A DNA stretch of 22,039 nt from the IMG/VR virus record IMGVR_UViG_2609459792_000005. One strand, 5' to 3'. This DNA is from a virus (taxonomy: Duplodnaviria > Heunggongvirae > Uroviricota > Caudoviricetes). The notes beneath the pieces are model-generated. The model worked only from the letters and a program-made list of their open reading frames with translations, ran no database searches and was not told the origin of the DNA. This document shows, one piece after another, positions 1 to 9,501 of the stretch (position 1 is the stretch's first letter; every line of letters begins with the position of its first letter). Both the position numbers and the translations under genes were made by a program.

Positions 1-1141
1 CATCCGGCATCACCACATTACTGCGGTTATAGGTCCACACCTTATCCGACGGTCGGTCCTGCACGAACGTCAGCGTCTGCCCGTTCCATACCGGCATACA
101 GCGCATCGCAGAGCAGAAATCACTGAGCACATCCCACGCCTTGCGCTGTGTGGTCAGGTACGCATTACAGGTGATGCGCGGCTCCGTGCCGCCAAAACCG
201 TCCGGCACCGACTGATCGCAATGCTGGCCGATGACATACAGCGCCCATTTGTCCACATCCGCCGCACCAAGACGTTTCCCCATGCCGTAGCGCGGATGGG
301 TCAGCATATCCCACAGACACCAGGCCATGTTGTTGCTGTATGCTGGCTTAAACGTTCCGTCCCAGATACCGCTGTATTGCCGCGTCTGCGGGTTATAGTT
401 CGACGGCACCTGCAGAATGCGCCCGCGCAGATGATAATTACGGCTCACCTGCTGGCTGCCGAACTGCTCCGAGTCCACCTGCACGCCGACCAGTGCCGTG
501 TTCGGGTAGCACTGTTTCACATCGATGATTTCGGTGTATGACGACCAGAGCGTTTTGTTCTGCAGCTGGTCTGTGGTGCTGTCCGGCGTCATCCTGCGCA
601 TCCGGATATTAAACGGGCGCGGCGGCAGGTTATCCACCACCACCGAGGCCAGATACTGTGAAGTGGTTTTACCCTTAATGGTGATGTCTTTTTCCGTCAC
701 CCAGCCACCGTTACGTTGTATCTGAACCAGCAGGCGGACTTCCGACGGATTCCGGTCACCCTTTGAGGTGGTTTCCACCAGTGCCTGCACGCCGAAAGTA
801 AAACGCAGACGGTCAATGTTTGCCGACGTGATGGTCCGGGTGATCGGCGTGTCGTATTTCACTTCCGTACCCAGCACCGTCTCGGAGCCGGAGGATTCAA
901 ATCCCTCCGGCGGAGTCTGCTCCTGCTCACCAGCCCGGAACACCACCGTGACACCGGCGATGTTGGTATTCCCCTCACTGTCCAGCACCGGCGTACTGTT
1001 CAGCAGCACGCTTTTTAATCCATCCACCGGACCTTCAATCGGCCCTTCACTGATGGCATCAATCACACTCAGCAACTGCGTGGATTTCAGGTTGTCCTTC
1101 GCTTCGCGCGGGGTATGCCCCTTACTGCTGCCTTTACCCAT
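1..1141 (-). CDS. J: Tail tip / host-specificity protein J, N-terminal ~380 codons; gene continues beyond the left edge of the window
   Basis: ATG at 1141-1139 with GGAG-type RBS about 10 nt upstream; translation starts MGKGSSKGHTPREAKDNLKS, recognised as the lambda gpJ N-terminus; first codons translated directly, the rest of the frame read less rigorously and assumed open to position 1; absent from ORF track because it is edge-truncated; follows I after a 60-bp gap. Confidence 0.8.
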   Translation of the reverse strand, partial: MGKGSSKGHTPREAKDNLKSTQLLSVIDAISEGPIEGPVDGLKSVLLNSTPVLDSEGNTNIAGVTVVFRAGEQEQTPPEGFESSGSETVLGTEVKYDTPITRTITSANIDRLRFTFGVQALVETTSKGDRNPSEVRLLVQIQRNGGWVTEKDITIKGKTTSQYLASVVVDNLPPRPFNIRMRRMTPDSTTDQLQNKTLWSSYTEIIDVKQCYPNTALVGVQVDSEQFGSQQVSRNYHLRGRILQVPSNYNPQTRQYSGIWDGTFKPAYSNNMAWCLWDMLTHPRYGMGKRLGAADVDKWALYVIGQHCDQSVPDGFGGTEPRITCNAYLTTQRKAWDVLSDFCSAMRCMPVWNGQTLTFVQDRPSDKVWTYNRSNVVMPD

Positions 1142-1201
1142 TCGTCACGCTCCATAAACGACAAAACCGCCCGCAGGCGATTTCACATAAAATGTTTTGC
1201 A

Positions 1202-1873
1202 TCAGCGACCAATCACCACAACCTGACCACCATCCCCTTCGTCTGCCGTGCTGATCTCCTGAGAAACCACCCGTGACCCCACGCGCATTTCACCGTACAG
1301 AACAGGCAGAACATTGCCCTGGGCAACCATGTTATCCAGTGAGGAGAAATAGGTGTTCTGCTTACCGTTATCCGTTGTCTGTGTACGGGGAGTTCTGGCT
1401 TTCGGTGCCAGCATCTGCGCCACACCACCAAGTACCATACTGGCACCGAGAGAAAACAGGATACCGGTCATACCACCGGCCCCAATGGCTGCCCCCCATG
1501 CTGCAAGGGTGGCTCCGGCAGTAAAGAATGATCCGGCAATGGCGGCAGCCCCCAGAACAATCTGGAATACGCCACCTGACTTGGCCCCGGCGACTCTGGG
1601 AACAATATGAATCACAGCGCCATCAGGCAGAGTCTCATGTAACTGCGCCGTTAACCCGGACGTGCTGACGTCCCGCCCGGCAATCCGTACCTGATACCAG
1701 CCGTCGCTCAGTTTCTGACGAAACACCGGGAGCTGTGTGGCCAGTGCGCGGATAGCTTCAGCCCCCGTTTTCACACGAAGGTCGATGCGGCGGCCAAATC
1801 GTTGCAAATCCCCGTAAAGGCAGATGCGCGCCATGCCCGGTGACGCCAGAGGGAGTGTGTGCGTCGCTGCCAT
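1202..1873 (-). CDS. I: Tail tip assembly protein I
   Basis: 223 aa ORF, same length as lambda gpI as recalled; starts MAATHTLPLASPGMARICLYGD; Gly/Ala-rich hydrophobic middle; overlaps K 3' end by 103 nt; position K-I-J. Confidence 0.85.
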   Translation of the reverse strand: MAATHTLPLASPGMARICLYGDLQRFGRRIDLRVKTGAEAIRALATQLPVFRQKLSDGWYQVRIAGRDVSTSGLTAQLHETLPDGAVIHIVPRVAGAKSGGVFQIVLGAAAIAGSFFTAGATLAAWGAAIGAGGMTGILFSLGASMVLGGVAQMLAPKARTPRTQTTDNGKQNTYFSSLDNMVAQGNVLPVLYGEMRVGSRVVSQEISTADEGDGGQVVVIGR

Positions 1874-2514
1874 TTGTCGGTATACCTCTCTCGTTTACTC
1901 AGTTGTTCAGGAATATGGTGCAGCAGCTCGCCGTCACCACAGTAAATGGCAGCATGATTCGGCACCGATGAACCAAAACAACACAGCAGCACATCGCCCG
2001 GTTGTGCTGATGACAACGGCACCTGATACAGCCCTGTGGCCTCCAGATTATCCAGATAGAGATTCTGACCGTGACGCCACCAGTCATCCTCGCGATGAAA
2101 ATCCGGCATCTCAATCCCCGCCAGATGGTAAGCATCCCGGAACAGCGTGTAACAGTCCGTCACCCCGTGCTCAAAGCGCCGCCCGGTGAGATGCGGCACA
2201 CAGCGGAACTTATGAATCGTCCCCCGGCAGACCAGCCACCACGGCAAATCACTCTGCACCTGCAGCCGCCGGTCGGCCTCACTCAGCCTGGGCAGACCAC
2301 CGGGGTGGCTGTGGACCAGCGCCACAATCTCACCCTGCATTTCTGCCTGCAGCCAGTCCTCCGGCGACATACGGAAATACGCCTCCGGCTCACCGGAGAT
2401 ATTCACGCAGGGGAAATATCTTTCCCCCTCCGGCGTGCTTACCACGAAGCCGCACGACTCCGCTGGCGCACATCGCCGGGCGTGCGCCAGAATCGCTGAT
2501 TCTGTCTGTGTCAT
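1771..2514 (-). CDS. K: Tail tip assembly protein K (JAB/MPN metalloprotease-like plus NlpC/P60-like domains); long form 247 aa, alternative internal start at 2370 gives 199 aa
   Basis: ORF starts 5 nt after the L stop; JAMM signature HSHPGGLPRLSEAD (HxH-x7-S-x2-D) with an upstream ESCGFVV motif about 49 residues before it; C-terminal Cys/His region; internal ATG at 2370 has a GGAGG RBS. Confidence 0.75.
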   Translation of the reverse strand: MTQTESAILAHARRCAPAESCGFVVSTPEGERYFPCVNISGEPEAYFRMSPEDWLQAEMQGEIVALVHSHPGGLPRLSEADRRLQVQSDLPWWLVCRGTIHKFRCVPHLTGRRFEHGVTDCYTLFRDAYHLAGIEMPDFHREDDWWRHGQNLYLDNLEATGLYQVPLSSAQPGDVLLCCFGSSVPNHAAIYCGDGELLHHIPEQLSKRERYTDKWQRRTHSLWRHRAWRASAFTGICNDLAAASTFV

Positions 2515-2519
2515 GGGAT

Positions 2520-3218
2520 TTACTGCGAAAGTTTGTTAATGGAAAGGAAGCCGCCAAAGTTGCCGACGTTATTGCGAAACTTACAGCCACTCAGGCATTT
2601 GCTGCATTTATCCTTCGTGATATCGGACGTTGTCTGGTCATATTCATCCGCGACCGCCGGACCGTGATAACCGCACTCATCGCCGCGATAGGTCCAGGTG
2701 CAGGTGTTGGCCAGCATGATACGTCCCGGAAAAACAGCGCCATCTGTTTCCGTCGGCGTGGACAGTACAAAGGAGGCACTCACCGCGCTCAGTTCGCTGC
2801 ACTGCTCGATGCGCCAGCGGCTGATCACCTCCTGCTCCGGATCGGCGTCACTGTTTCCGTTGACGAAGTTCACCGCATCCAGAAAACGGGCATAAACCTT
2901 ACGCCTGACCACCGTTCCGCCGACCAGACTCTGCAGATCTTCCGCCATCCCGGTGACCATGCCATACAGGTTAGAAACCGTCAGCGTGGGGCGCGTACTG
3001 GTGCCTTTGCCATTCAGTTCGAAACCACTCCCCTGAATGGGATACGCCTGATACTGTCGCCCCTGCCAGGTGACCGGCTCACCTTTTTCGTTCTGCTCAT
3101 TACAGAAAAAATAACGTTCTCCACCGACCTCTGTCAGGTCGATTTCCCATAGCACCACGCTGGCCGACTGCTCCGCACGGGTGCATTCATTCAGTGTTTC
3201 CTGCCGGATATCCTGCAT
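2520..3218 (-). CDS. L: Minor tail protein L
   Basis: 232 aa, same length as lambda gpL as recalled; ATG overlaps the M stop (ATGA); C-terminal cysteine cluster (CTWTYRGDECGYHG ... CSKCLSGC); position M-L-K. Confidence 0.9.
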   Translation of the reverse strand: MQDIRQETLNECTRAEQSASVVLWEIDLTEVGGERYFFCNEQNEKGEPVTWQGRQYQAYPIQGSGFELNGKGTSTRPTLTVSNLYGMVTGMAEDLQSLVGGTVVRRKVYARFLDAVNFVNGNSDADPEQEVISRWRIEQCSELSAVSASFVLSTPTETDGAVFPGRIMLANTCTWTYRGDECGYHGPAVADEYDQTTSDITKDKCSKCLSGCKFRNNVGNFGGFLSINKLSQ

Positions 3219-3547
3219 CAGTTCACCACCTGTTCAAACTCTGCGCTGAACTCAACACGCAACATACTGACCCGCGACGACCATTTTGCGCAGGTCACCT
3301 TTATCTGCCGCCACTCATAAGGCGGCGTCCACAGAAAGGCTTTCCAGCCCCCGTGCTCTTCCAGAAACGACTCCAGTACCGTGGCCTCCTCACGGGGGAC
3401 AGAAAGCGTCACGCTGTACGTTTTCAGGTTGGCATTCAGCCCGGCAGGCGCTCGCTGAGAATAGCCATCACCAAAGCGCACCTTTCTTACAGAAGGGACC
3501 GAAGCCACATCCATACCGGGTTTCACTTTCCAGCGGAAGGTCTTCAT
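3218..3547 (-). CDS. M: Minor tail protein M
   Basis: 109 aa, same length as lambda gpM as recalled; start overlaps the H stop by 4 nt; position H-M-L. Confidence 0.9.
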   Translation of the reverse strand: MKTFRWKVKPGMDVASVPSVRKVRFGDGYSQRAPAGLNANLKTYSVTLSVPREEATVLESFLEEHGGWKAFLWTPPYEWRQIKVTCAKWSSRVSMLRVEFSAEFEQVVN

Positions 3548-6123
3548 CGTCCACCTCCGGAGAACAGGCCACCATCACGCATCTGTGTCTGAATTTCATC
3601 ACGGGCACCCTTGCGGGCCATGTCATACACCGCCTTCAGAGCAGCCGGACCTATCTGCCCGTTCGTGCCGTCGTTGTTAATCACCACATGGTTATTCTGC
3701 TCAAACGTCCCGGACGCCTGCGACCGGCTGTCTGCCATGCTGCCCGGTGTACCGACATAACCGCCGGTGGCATAGCCGCGCATCAGCCGGTAAAGATTCC
3801 CCACGCCAATCCGGCTGGTTGCCTCCTTCGTGAAGACAAACTCACCACGGTGAACAATCCCCGCTGGCTCATATTTGCCGCCGGTTCCCGTAAATCCTCC
3901 GGTTGCAAAATGGAATTTCGCCGCAGCGGCCTGAATGGCTGTACCGCCTGACGCGGATGCGCCGCCACCAACAGCCCCGCCAATGGCGCTGCCGATACTC
4001 CCGACAATCCCCACCATTGCCTGCTTAAGCAGAATTTCTGTCATCATGGACAGCACGGAACGGGTGAAGCTGCGCCAGTTCTGCTCACTGCCGGTCAGCA
4101 TCGCCGCCATATTCTGTGCAATACCATCAAAGGTCTGCGTGGCTGCACTTTTTACCTGCGACATACTGTCCGTGGCGCTCTCTTCCCACTCACTCCAGCC
4201 GGACTTCAGGCCTGCCATCCAGTTCCCGCGAAGCTGGTCTTCAGCCGCCCAGGTCTTTTTCTGCTCTGACATGACGTTATTCAGCGCCAGCGGATTATCG
4301 CCATACTGTTCCTTCAGGCGCTGTTCCGTGGCTTCCCGTTCTGCCTGCCGGTCAGTCAGCCCCCGGCTTTTCGCATCAATGGCGGCCCATTTTGCCCGTT
4401 GCTGCTGTGCGAATTTATCCGCCTGCTGCGCCAGCGCGTTCAGGCGCTCCTGATACGTAACCTTGTCGCCAAGTGCAGCCAGCTGGCGTTTGTACTCCAG
4501 CGTCTCATCTTTATGCGCCAGCAGGGATTTCTCCTGTGCAGACAGCTGGCGACGTTGCGCCGCCTCCTCCAGTACCGCGAACTGACTCTCCGCCTTCCAC
4601 AAATCCCGGCGCTGCTGGCTGATTTTCTCATTCGCTCCGGCATGCTTCTCCAGCGTCCGGAGTTCTGCCTGAAGCGTCAGCAGGGCAGCATGAGCACTGT
4701 CTTCCTGACGATCGCCCGCAGACACCTTCACGCCGGACTGTTTCGGCTTTTTCAGCGTCGCTTCATAATCCTTTTTCGCCGCCGCCATCAGCGTGTTGTA
4801 ATCCGCCTGCAGGATTTTCCCGTCTTTCAGTGCCTTGTTCAGTTCTTCCTGACGGGCGGTATATTTCTCCAGCGGCGTCTGCAGCCGTTCGTAAGCCTTC
4901 TGCGCCTCTTCGGTATATTTCAGCCGTGATGCCTCAGACTCGGCCCAGTCCTTTGCTGCCATCTCTCTGGCCTTTTCAAGATCGGCCTGCAACGTGGCGG
5001 CTGAAAGCCCAAGTTGCGCATTCGCTCTGTCCTCCCATGCTCCCCGGAGATTGGCAAGAAATGCTGAGGTTTTACCGCGCCGGTGGCTCCGGCTCTGATA
5101 CCACTGCCATTTTTTGTCCGCCTCATCAAAAGCCTTTTCTGCTTTCTCCAGCATTCCCTGGGCAGTGTCCGGGCGACCAATATCCAGCACCGAATCCCAC
5201 ATGGATTTGAATGCCCGTGCTGTCCTGTCTGCCCAGGTCTCCAGCGTGCCCATGTTCTCTTTCAGGCGGCGGGTCTGGTCATCAAACCCTTTCGTTGCGG
5301 CCTCGTTCGCCGCCTGCAATGCCCCGGCTTCATCTCCGGAACGCTGCAACTGAGCAACATACGCAATCTGCTCCGCCGTCACGTTATGGAACTGACGTGC
5401 CATCGCTGTCAGTCCCGACGTCGGGTCTGTGGTCAGCTTCCCGAAGGCTTCAGCGACCTTGTCCACCTCCACGCCGGATGCAGAGGAGAAACGCGCCACA
5501 CTCTGGCTGATCGCCTCAAACTGCTCACCACCACGCACACCGGCATTCACCAGCGCCGTCAGTGACTCGCTGGTCTGGTTAAACGTCAGCCCTGCCGCCT
5601 GCCCGGCTCTGGACAGGACCAGCATACGATCTGCCGTCAGTCCCGCCTGATTGCCGGAAAGGACCAGCGTTTTGTTGAAATCGGACAGGGTTGAGTTGCC
5701 CTGATACCAGGCATACGCCAGCGCACCGGTCGCCACCGCCAGCGAGGTGGCCCCCACCATCGGCAGGGTGATCGCACCGGCAAGCCCCCTGAACATGGGG
5801 ATCATCCCGCCGAAGGAGTCCTTAACCTGACCCCCCTGTTGCAGCAGGATCAGCCACGGGCTTTGCCCGCCTGCAAGCTGCGTGGCCACGTCGGTGAACT
5901 GTGCAGGCAGCATACGCATGGCGGCTTTATACTGCCCGACGGAAATCCCCGCTTTCTGTGCAGCCAGCGCCTGTCGGCTCAGCGACTGTTCAACGACTGC
6001 CGCTGTTTTTTTCGCATCAGTTTCCGTACCGGAAAAATGACGCCTGACTCTGGCCATCTGCTCGTCAAATCTGGCCGCATCCAGACTTAAATCAACGACC
6101 AGATCGCCTACCGGTTCAGCCAT
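3544..6123 (-). CDS. H: Tail tape measure protein H
   Basis: 859 aa ORF (lambda gpH recalled as 853 aa); long predicted coiled-coil/alpha-helical region; glycine-rich hydrophobic segment near C-terminus (GGAVGGGASASGG); immediately downstream of G/T. Confidence 0.9.
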   Translation of the reverse strand: MAEPVGDLVVDLSLDAARFDEQMARVRRHFSGTETDAKKTAAVVEQSLSRQALAAQKAGISVGQYKAAMRMLPAQFTDVATQLAGGQSPWLILLQQGGQVKDSFGGMIPMFRGLAGAITLPMVGATSLAVATGALAYAWYQGNSTLSDFNKTLVLSGNQAGLTADRMLVLSRAGQAAGLTFNQTSESLTALVNAGVRGGEQFEAISQSVARFSSASGVEVDKVAEAFGKLTTDPTSGLTAMARQFHNVTAEQIAYVAQLQRSGDEAGALQAANEAATKGFDDQTRRLKENMGTLETWADRTARAFKSMWDSVLDIGRPDTAQGMLEKAEKAFDEADKKWQWYQSRSHRRGKTSAFLANLRGAWEDRANAQLGLSAATLQADLEKAREMAAKDWAESEASRLKYTEEAQKAYERLQTPLEKYTARQEELNKALKDGKILQADYNTLMAAAKKDYEATLKKPKQSGVKVSAGDRQEDSAHAALLTLQAELRTLEKHAGANEKISQQRRDLWKAESQFAVLEEAAQRRQLSAQEKSLLAHKDETLEYKRQLAALGDKVTYQERLNALAQQADKFAQQQRAKWAAIDAKSRGLTDRQAEREATEQRLKEQYGDNPLALNNVMSEQKKTWAAEDQLRGNWMAGLKSGWSEWEESATDSMSQVKSAATQTFDGIAQNMAAMLTGSEQNWRSFTRSVLSMMTEILLKQAMVGIVGSIGSAIGGAVGGGASASGGTAIQAAAAKFHFATGGFTGTGGKYEPAGIVHRGEFVFTKEATSRIGVGNLYRLMRGYATGGYVGTPGSMADSRSQASGTFEQNNHVVINNDGTNGQIGPAALKAVYDMARKGARDEIQTQMRDGGLFSGGGR

Positions 6124-6550
6124 ACCGGACTCCTCCTGCGATCCCTTCTGATACTGTCATCAGCATTACGTCATCCTCCGTCATGTCCGCCACATCCGGG
6201 GAAGTAGGGATAACTTCATTCCCGTCCGGGCCAAAGCGGACACCTCCGGCAAGCCCTGCCGCTTTCTGCATCAGCACATCATCTTCAGGCTCTTCGTCAG
6301 CCTCACGCCGGTTCAGCAAACTGAAATCCAGCGGATGCATATCCGGATCGCTGAAAAACAGGCTGAGCACGGTGTACGTCAGCCCGGAAAAGTGCATATC
6401 CAGCAGAACATCATGAAAATAATGGGTACTGTAAAAGCGGTGCCAGTCGGCATACTCCGTGGATGACATCCCGGCAAGCATGGCACGCCAGTCGGGTCGC
6501 CCCATCTCACGCGCCAGTTTCAGGGCAAAACTCAGCTCACCGTCGAACAC
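6116..6550 (-). CDS. T: Tail assembly chaperone T-frame segment, expected to be expressed only as the G-T fusion after a -1 frameshift
   Basis: Open frame in the -1 frame relative to G, beginning inside the slippery heptamer; the track start is a GTG that is probably not an initiation codon; 435 nt as for lambda T. Confidence 0.8.
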   Translation of the reverse strand: MFDGELSFALKLAREMGRPDWRAMLAGMSSTEYADWHRFYSTHYFHDVLLDMHFSGLTYTVLSLFFSDPDMHPLDFSLLNRREADEEPEDDVLMQKAAGLAGGVRFGPDGNEVIPTSPDVADMTEDDVMLMTVSEGIAGGVRYG

Positions 6551-6954
6551 TTTCCCGCAGAAACAGGCTCTGCGGGCCCGGCGTCCTCTGTCTGTTCAGG
6601 GGCATTATTCACCACAAACTCATACATACCAGACAGCCGGTACACCACGTTTTCAGCATGAGAAATTGCCTCCGTGGGCCAGGTGGTAAGCACTTCCTGC
6701 TCAATCTGTTTAACGGCTTCATTCATGGACGGCATCTGCGTCTTCTGCGGATGGTTATGCCACAGGGACATCGCCACCAGAAACGCGCCGGTTCTGATGG
6801 CGTCTTCCACAGTAAACTTCCGGTTGCTGTCTGACTCCGCCTGTTCTGCCTGCCGTTTCATCAGGGCGAGATGCTCAATACGCTGCAGGGCTGACAGTTC
6901 AGAAAGCGTGACGGTCACACCGTTATGTTCAAATGATTCGGTTTTCAGGAACAT
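6532..6954 (-). CDS. G: Tail assembly chaperone G
   Basis: 140 aa as for lambda gpG as recalled; ends ...SAGKCSTVS with the slippery site 6 codons before the stop. Confidence 0.9.
   Translation of the reverse strand: MFLKTESFEHNGVTVTLSELSALQRIEHLALMKRQAEQAESDSNRKFTVEDAIRTGAFLVAMSLWHNHPQKTQMPSMNEAVKQIEQEVLTTWPTEAISHAENVVYRLSGMYEFVVNNAPEQTEDAGPAEPVSAGKCSTVS
6550..6556 (-). promoter_or_regulatory. Programmed -1 ribosomal frameshift slippery heptamer G GGA AAG for G-T fusion
   Basis: Minus-strand GGGAAAG (plus strand CTTTCCC at 6550-6556); GGA and AAG are in the G frame (codons 134-135); after a -1 slip the reading continues GGG AAA GTG TTC GAC ... which is the T frame. Confidence 0.85.
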
Positions 6955-6969
6955 CGCTGACTCTCCGGA

Positions 6970-7710
6970 TTAACTGGCGGTGACGTTGATTTCTGCAACC
7001 GCAGCAAACTCACCATTACCGGATACAACCGGAATGTTGACCTTGCCTGCAGCAACACCTTTCACGGTGATGGTCATACCACTGACCGACACGGTGGCTT
7101 TTGTTTTATCCGCAGACACCGCACGGAAGCTCTTGTCGGTTGCGCCCTCCGGCTGGAATGCCACGGTCAGCGTGGTGCTCTGCCCTTTCACTACGGAAGC
7201 ACTGGCGGGTGTCACCGTCATGCCGGTTGTCGCCGTCACCGTGCTGCGATCTTCTGCCATCGACGGACGTCCCACATTGGTGACTTTCACCGTGCGGGTG
7301 ATCACTTCCTTCGCCGTCACCGCCTTACCGATACTGCTGACCCAGCCGCGGAACACATCGACCGTGCCGTTCGGGAAGCGGATTTTATAGGCACGGGTAT
7401 CGCCTTCATTAAACCACGCCAGCAGCGCCTGCTGCCCCTGCTCTCCGGGCATCCACGCCAGCGTGAAGCTGGTATCTCCGGCAGATTTCTGCCCCTGCCC
7501 GGTCGCAGTCCAGTCTGCATCTTCATCATCGAGATAGCTGTCGTCATAGGACTCAGCGGTCAGTTCGCCGGGCGTCAGGTCTTTAACTTTTGCCAGACGC
7601 GACCAGTCAACGTCTGAAAGCGGATTCGCATAAGGGTCACCGCTCCCCTTATAAACCCACAGGGTGGTCCCGGCACCTTTCACCGGCATTACAGGATTTG
7701 GTACAGGCAT
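6970..7710 (-). CDS. V: Major tail tube protein V with C-terminal Ig-like domain
   Basis: Track ORF is 256 aa from an upstream start; ATG at 7710 with GAGGA RBS gives 246 aa starting [12 protein letters not shown], matching lambda gpV length as recalled; C-terminal Ig-like repeat region. Confidence 0.9.
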   Translation of the reverse strand: MPVPNPVMPVKGAGTTLWVYKGSGDPYANPLSDVDWSRLAKVKDLTPGELTAESYDDSYLDDEDADWTATGQGQKSAGDTSFTLAWMPGEQGQQALLAWFNEGDTRAYKIRFPNGTVDVFRGWVSSIGKAVTAKEVITRTVKVTNVGRPSMAEDRSTVTATTGMTVTPASASVVKGQSTTLTVAFQPEGATDKSFRAVSADKTKATVSVSGMTITVKGVAAGKVNIPVVSGNGEFAAVAEINVTAS

Positions 7711-7717
7711 AGCGTCC

Positions 7718-8113
7718 TCACATTTCATAGGTAATGACATACGTCAGATCGGCTGAACTCCACAGGCCCGCATCATCGTCGCGCCGGTAGTCATAGCCGC
7801 TGGCCACCATACTGGTGATCAAATCTGACAGTGCCGGGATATCGCTCATCACCGGATAAATCCGGGACTCCATCCACGCATCCAGCTCTGAATCCGGCAC
7901 CTGAGCAGGCAGGAAAACTTCGATATGCAGCTCCGCCTGCCAGGTATCGCTGTCCAGCTCTTCGCCCGTGTATTCAGCGCCGGTGAGATAAACGGCAACT
8001 GCCGGAAAATCCGCCTCATCAAAAACAGCGGGGCGACCATCAAAAAGCGTCGCCCCGGTGTCATGCTTCTCCAGTGCATCCAGTACGGCTGCACGGAGTT
8101 CAGTATGTTTCAT
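7718..8113 (-). CDS. U: Tail terminator protein U
   Basis: 131 aa as for lambda gpU as recalled; position Z-U-V; start overlaps Z stop. Confidence 0.85.
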   Translation of the reverse strand: MKHTELRAAVLDALEKHDTGATLFDGRPAVFDEADFPAVAVYLTGAEYTGEELDSDTWQAELHIEVFLPAQVPDSELDAWMESRIYPVMSDIPALSDLITSMVASGYDYRRDDDAGLWSSADLTYVITYEM

Positions 8114-8688
8114 CGCTTTATTACCATTCTCAGTTGATGCTGCAGCGCATAGCCCAGCTCTTTCGGAAGACGTTCACGCCGTATCCGTTCAATATTCTGT
8201 TTAAACGCCGTGGTAAGCGGCACCGCCATCGGGATTTTCACCACATCAATGGGGTAACGGTTTTTCCCGGCCACACGCTGCATGACATGCCACCGGCCAT
8301 TTTTCAGTTGCTGAATAAACGCGCCGGGAATACGACGGTTTCCCACCACAAGCACGCTGCCGCCACCTTTCAGGGATGAACGCTGCCCCTTTTTACGACG
8401 TCTGCGGCGGGAAAGGACAACCCGCGCGTTACCCAGCTTGATTACGGGCAAATCCCCCCGGTTAACCCTGATTCTGGCCTGCGGATTTTTGATCGTGGCC
8501 CTTTTCAGCCTGGCCCTTTCCTTTACCAGTTTCCGGCGTACCTTTGTCTCACGGGCAACCTGTGCCACCGACTGCGATATCGCGGATGAAGCAACGCGGT
8601 TAATGGCCATTGCGGCGGCACCGGGCACCGCCGTTCTGCTGATACGGCTGAGGTTTTCAACGGCCTGCTCAAGACCTTTTATGGCCAT
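8110..8688 (-). CDS. Z: Tail completion protein Z
   Basis: 192 aa as for lambda gpZ as recalled; basic Arg/Lys-rich stretch; position FII-Z-U. Confidence 0.85.
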   Translation of the reverse strand: MAIKGLEQAVENLSRISRTAVPGAAAMAINRVASSAISQSVAQVARETKVRRKLVKERARLKRATIKNPQARIRVNRGDLPVIKLGNARVVLSRRRRRKKGQRSSLKGGGSVLVVGNRRIPGAFIQQLKNGRWHVMQRVAGKNRYPIDVVKIPMAVPLTTAFKQNIERIRRERLPKELGYALQHQLRMVIKR

Positions 8689-8699
8689 ACATCCCCCTT

Positions 8700-9053
8700 T
8701 CAGCGGCGACGGTTAACGGCAGGCGGTACGCCCCGCCCAAGCCAGAGATGACAGCTTCCGCCATCATCCGGCGAAATCCGGTCTATCCAGAAGTTTTCCT
8801 CACCGATGGTCAGCGTGTCGCCGCGCCGCAGCTGCCGCACATCATCAGTCCGGACAAACAGGGACGGGCTGGAGCCTTCAACGCGCACGCCCTGTCCGGC
8901 ATAGCTGATATTTTCAGGGTCATCAAAAACACCACGTATCACAGCACCGGACTGCTCACCGGATGTCATGGTGGCTGACGTTCCCATGTACCCGCGTATC
9001 GTTTCATCGGCGCAGGCAATGGCAGCATCGAACAGGTTATCGAAATCAGCCAC
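8700..9053 (-). CDS. FII: Head-tail connector protein FII
   Basis: 117 aa as for lambda gpFII as recalled; position FI-FII-Z. Confidence 0.85.
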   Translation of the reverse strand: MADFDNLFDAAIACADETIRGYMGTSATMTSGEQSGAVIRGVFDDPENISYAGQGVRVEGSSPSLFVRTDDVRQLRRGDTLTIGEENFWIDRISPDDGGSCHLWLGRGVPPAVNRRR

Positions 9054-9064
9054 AGCGCCTCCCG

Positions 9065-9460
9065 TTATTGCATTCTGGCCAGGCCGCGCTCTGTCATTTC
9101 AGCTGCCACACCGGCAGAGACACGGAACGCCGTTCCCGGCAGCACAAATGCCACAGCCTCATCCCGCGTGGCGTGAAGTGCATCAGTATGCAGCGTCACC
9201 AGTGCCACAACCGTGACCAGATCAGCCGTATCAGTCACGGTATCCGGCTGCGCTGATACAACCTCATTTTCATGTCCGGTCAGCACATTTTCCGGGCTGA
9301 GAGGGGTATCCTGATCGGCAGTGTCGCCCGTGTCATCAAGCTCTTCTTCCAGCTCTGCCACACGGAGCGCCAGTTCTTCTTTCGTCCCCGTCAGGCTGAT
9401 ATCACGGTTCAGTTGTTCACCCAGCGAGCGGAGACGGGCAATCAGTTCATCTTTCGTCAT
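9065..9460 (-). CDS. FI: DNA packaging accessory protein FI
   Basis: Track ORF starts further upstream inside a hairpin; ATG at 9460 has a strong GGAGGAG RBS and gives 131 aa starting MTKDELIARLRSLGEQLNRD, close to lambda gpFI; position E-FI-FII. Confidence 0.8.
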   Translation of the reverse strand: MTKDELIARLRSLGEQLNRDISLTGTKEELALRVAELEEELDDTGDTADQDTPLSPENVLTGHENEVVSAQPDTVTDTADLVTVVALVTLHTDALHATRDEAVAFVLPGTAFRVSAGVAAEMTERGLARMQ

Positions 9461-9501
9461 GGACTCCTCCACAGAGAAACAATGGCCCCGAAGGGCCATG
9501 A

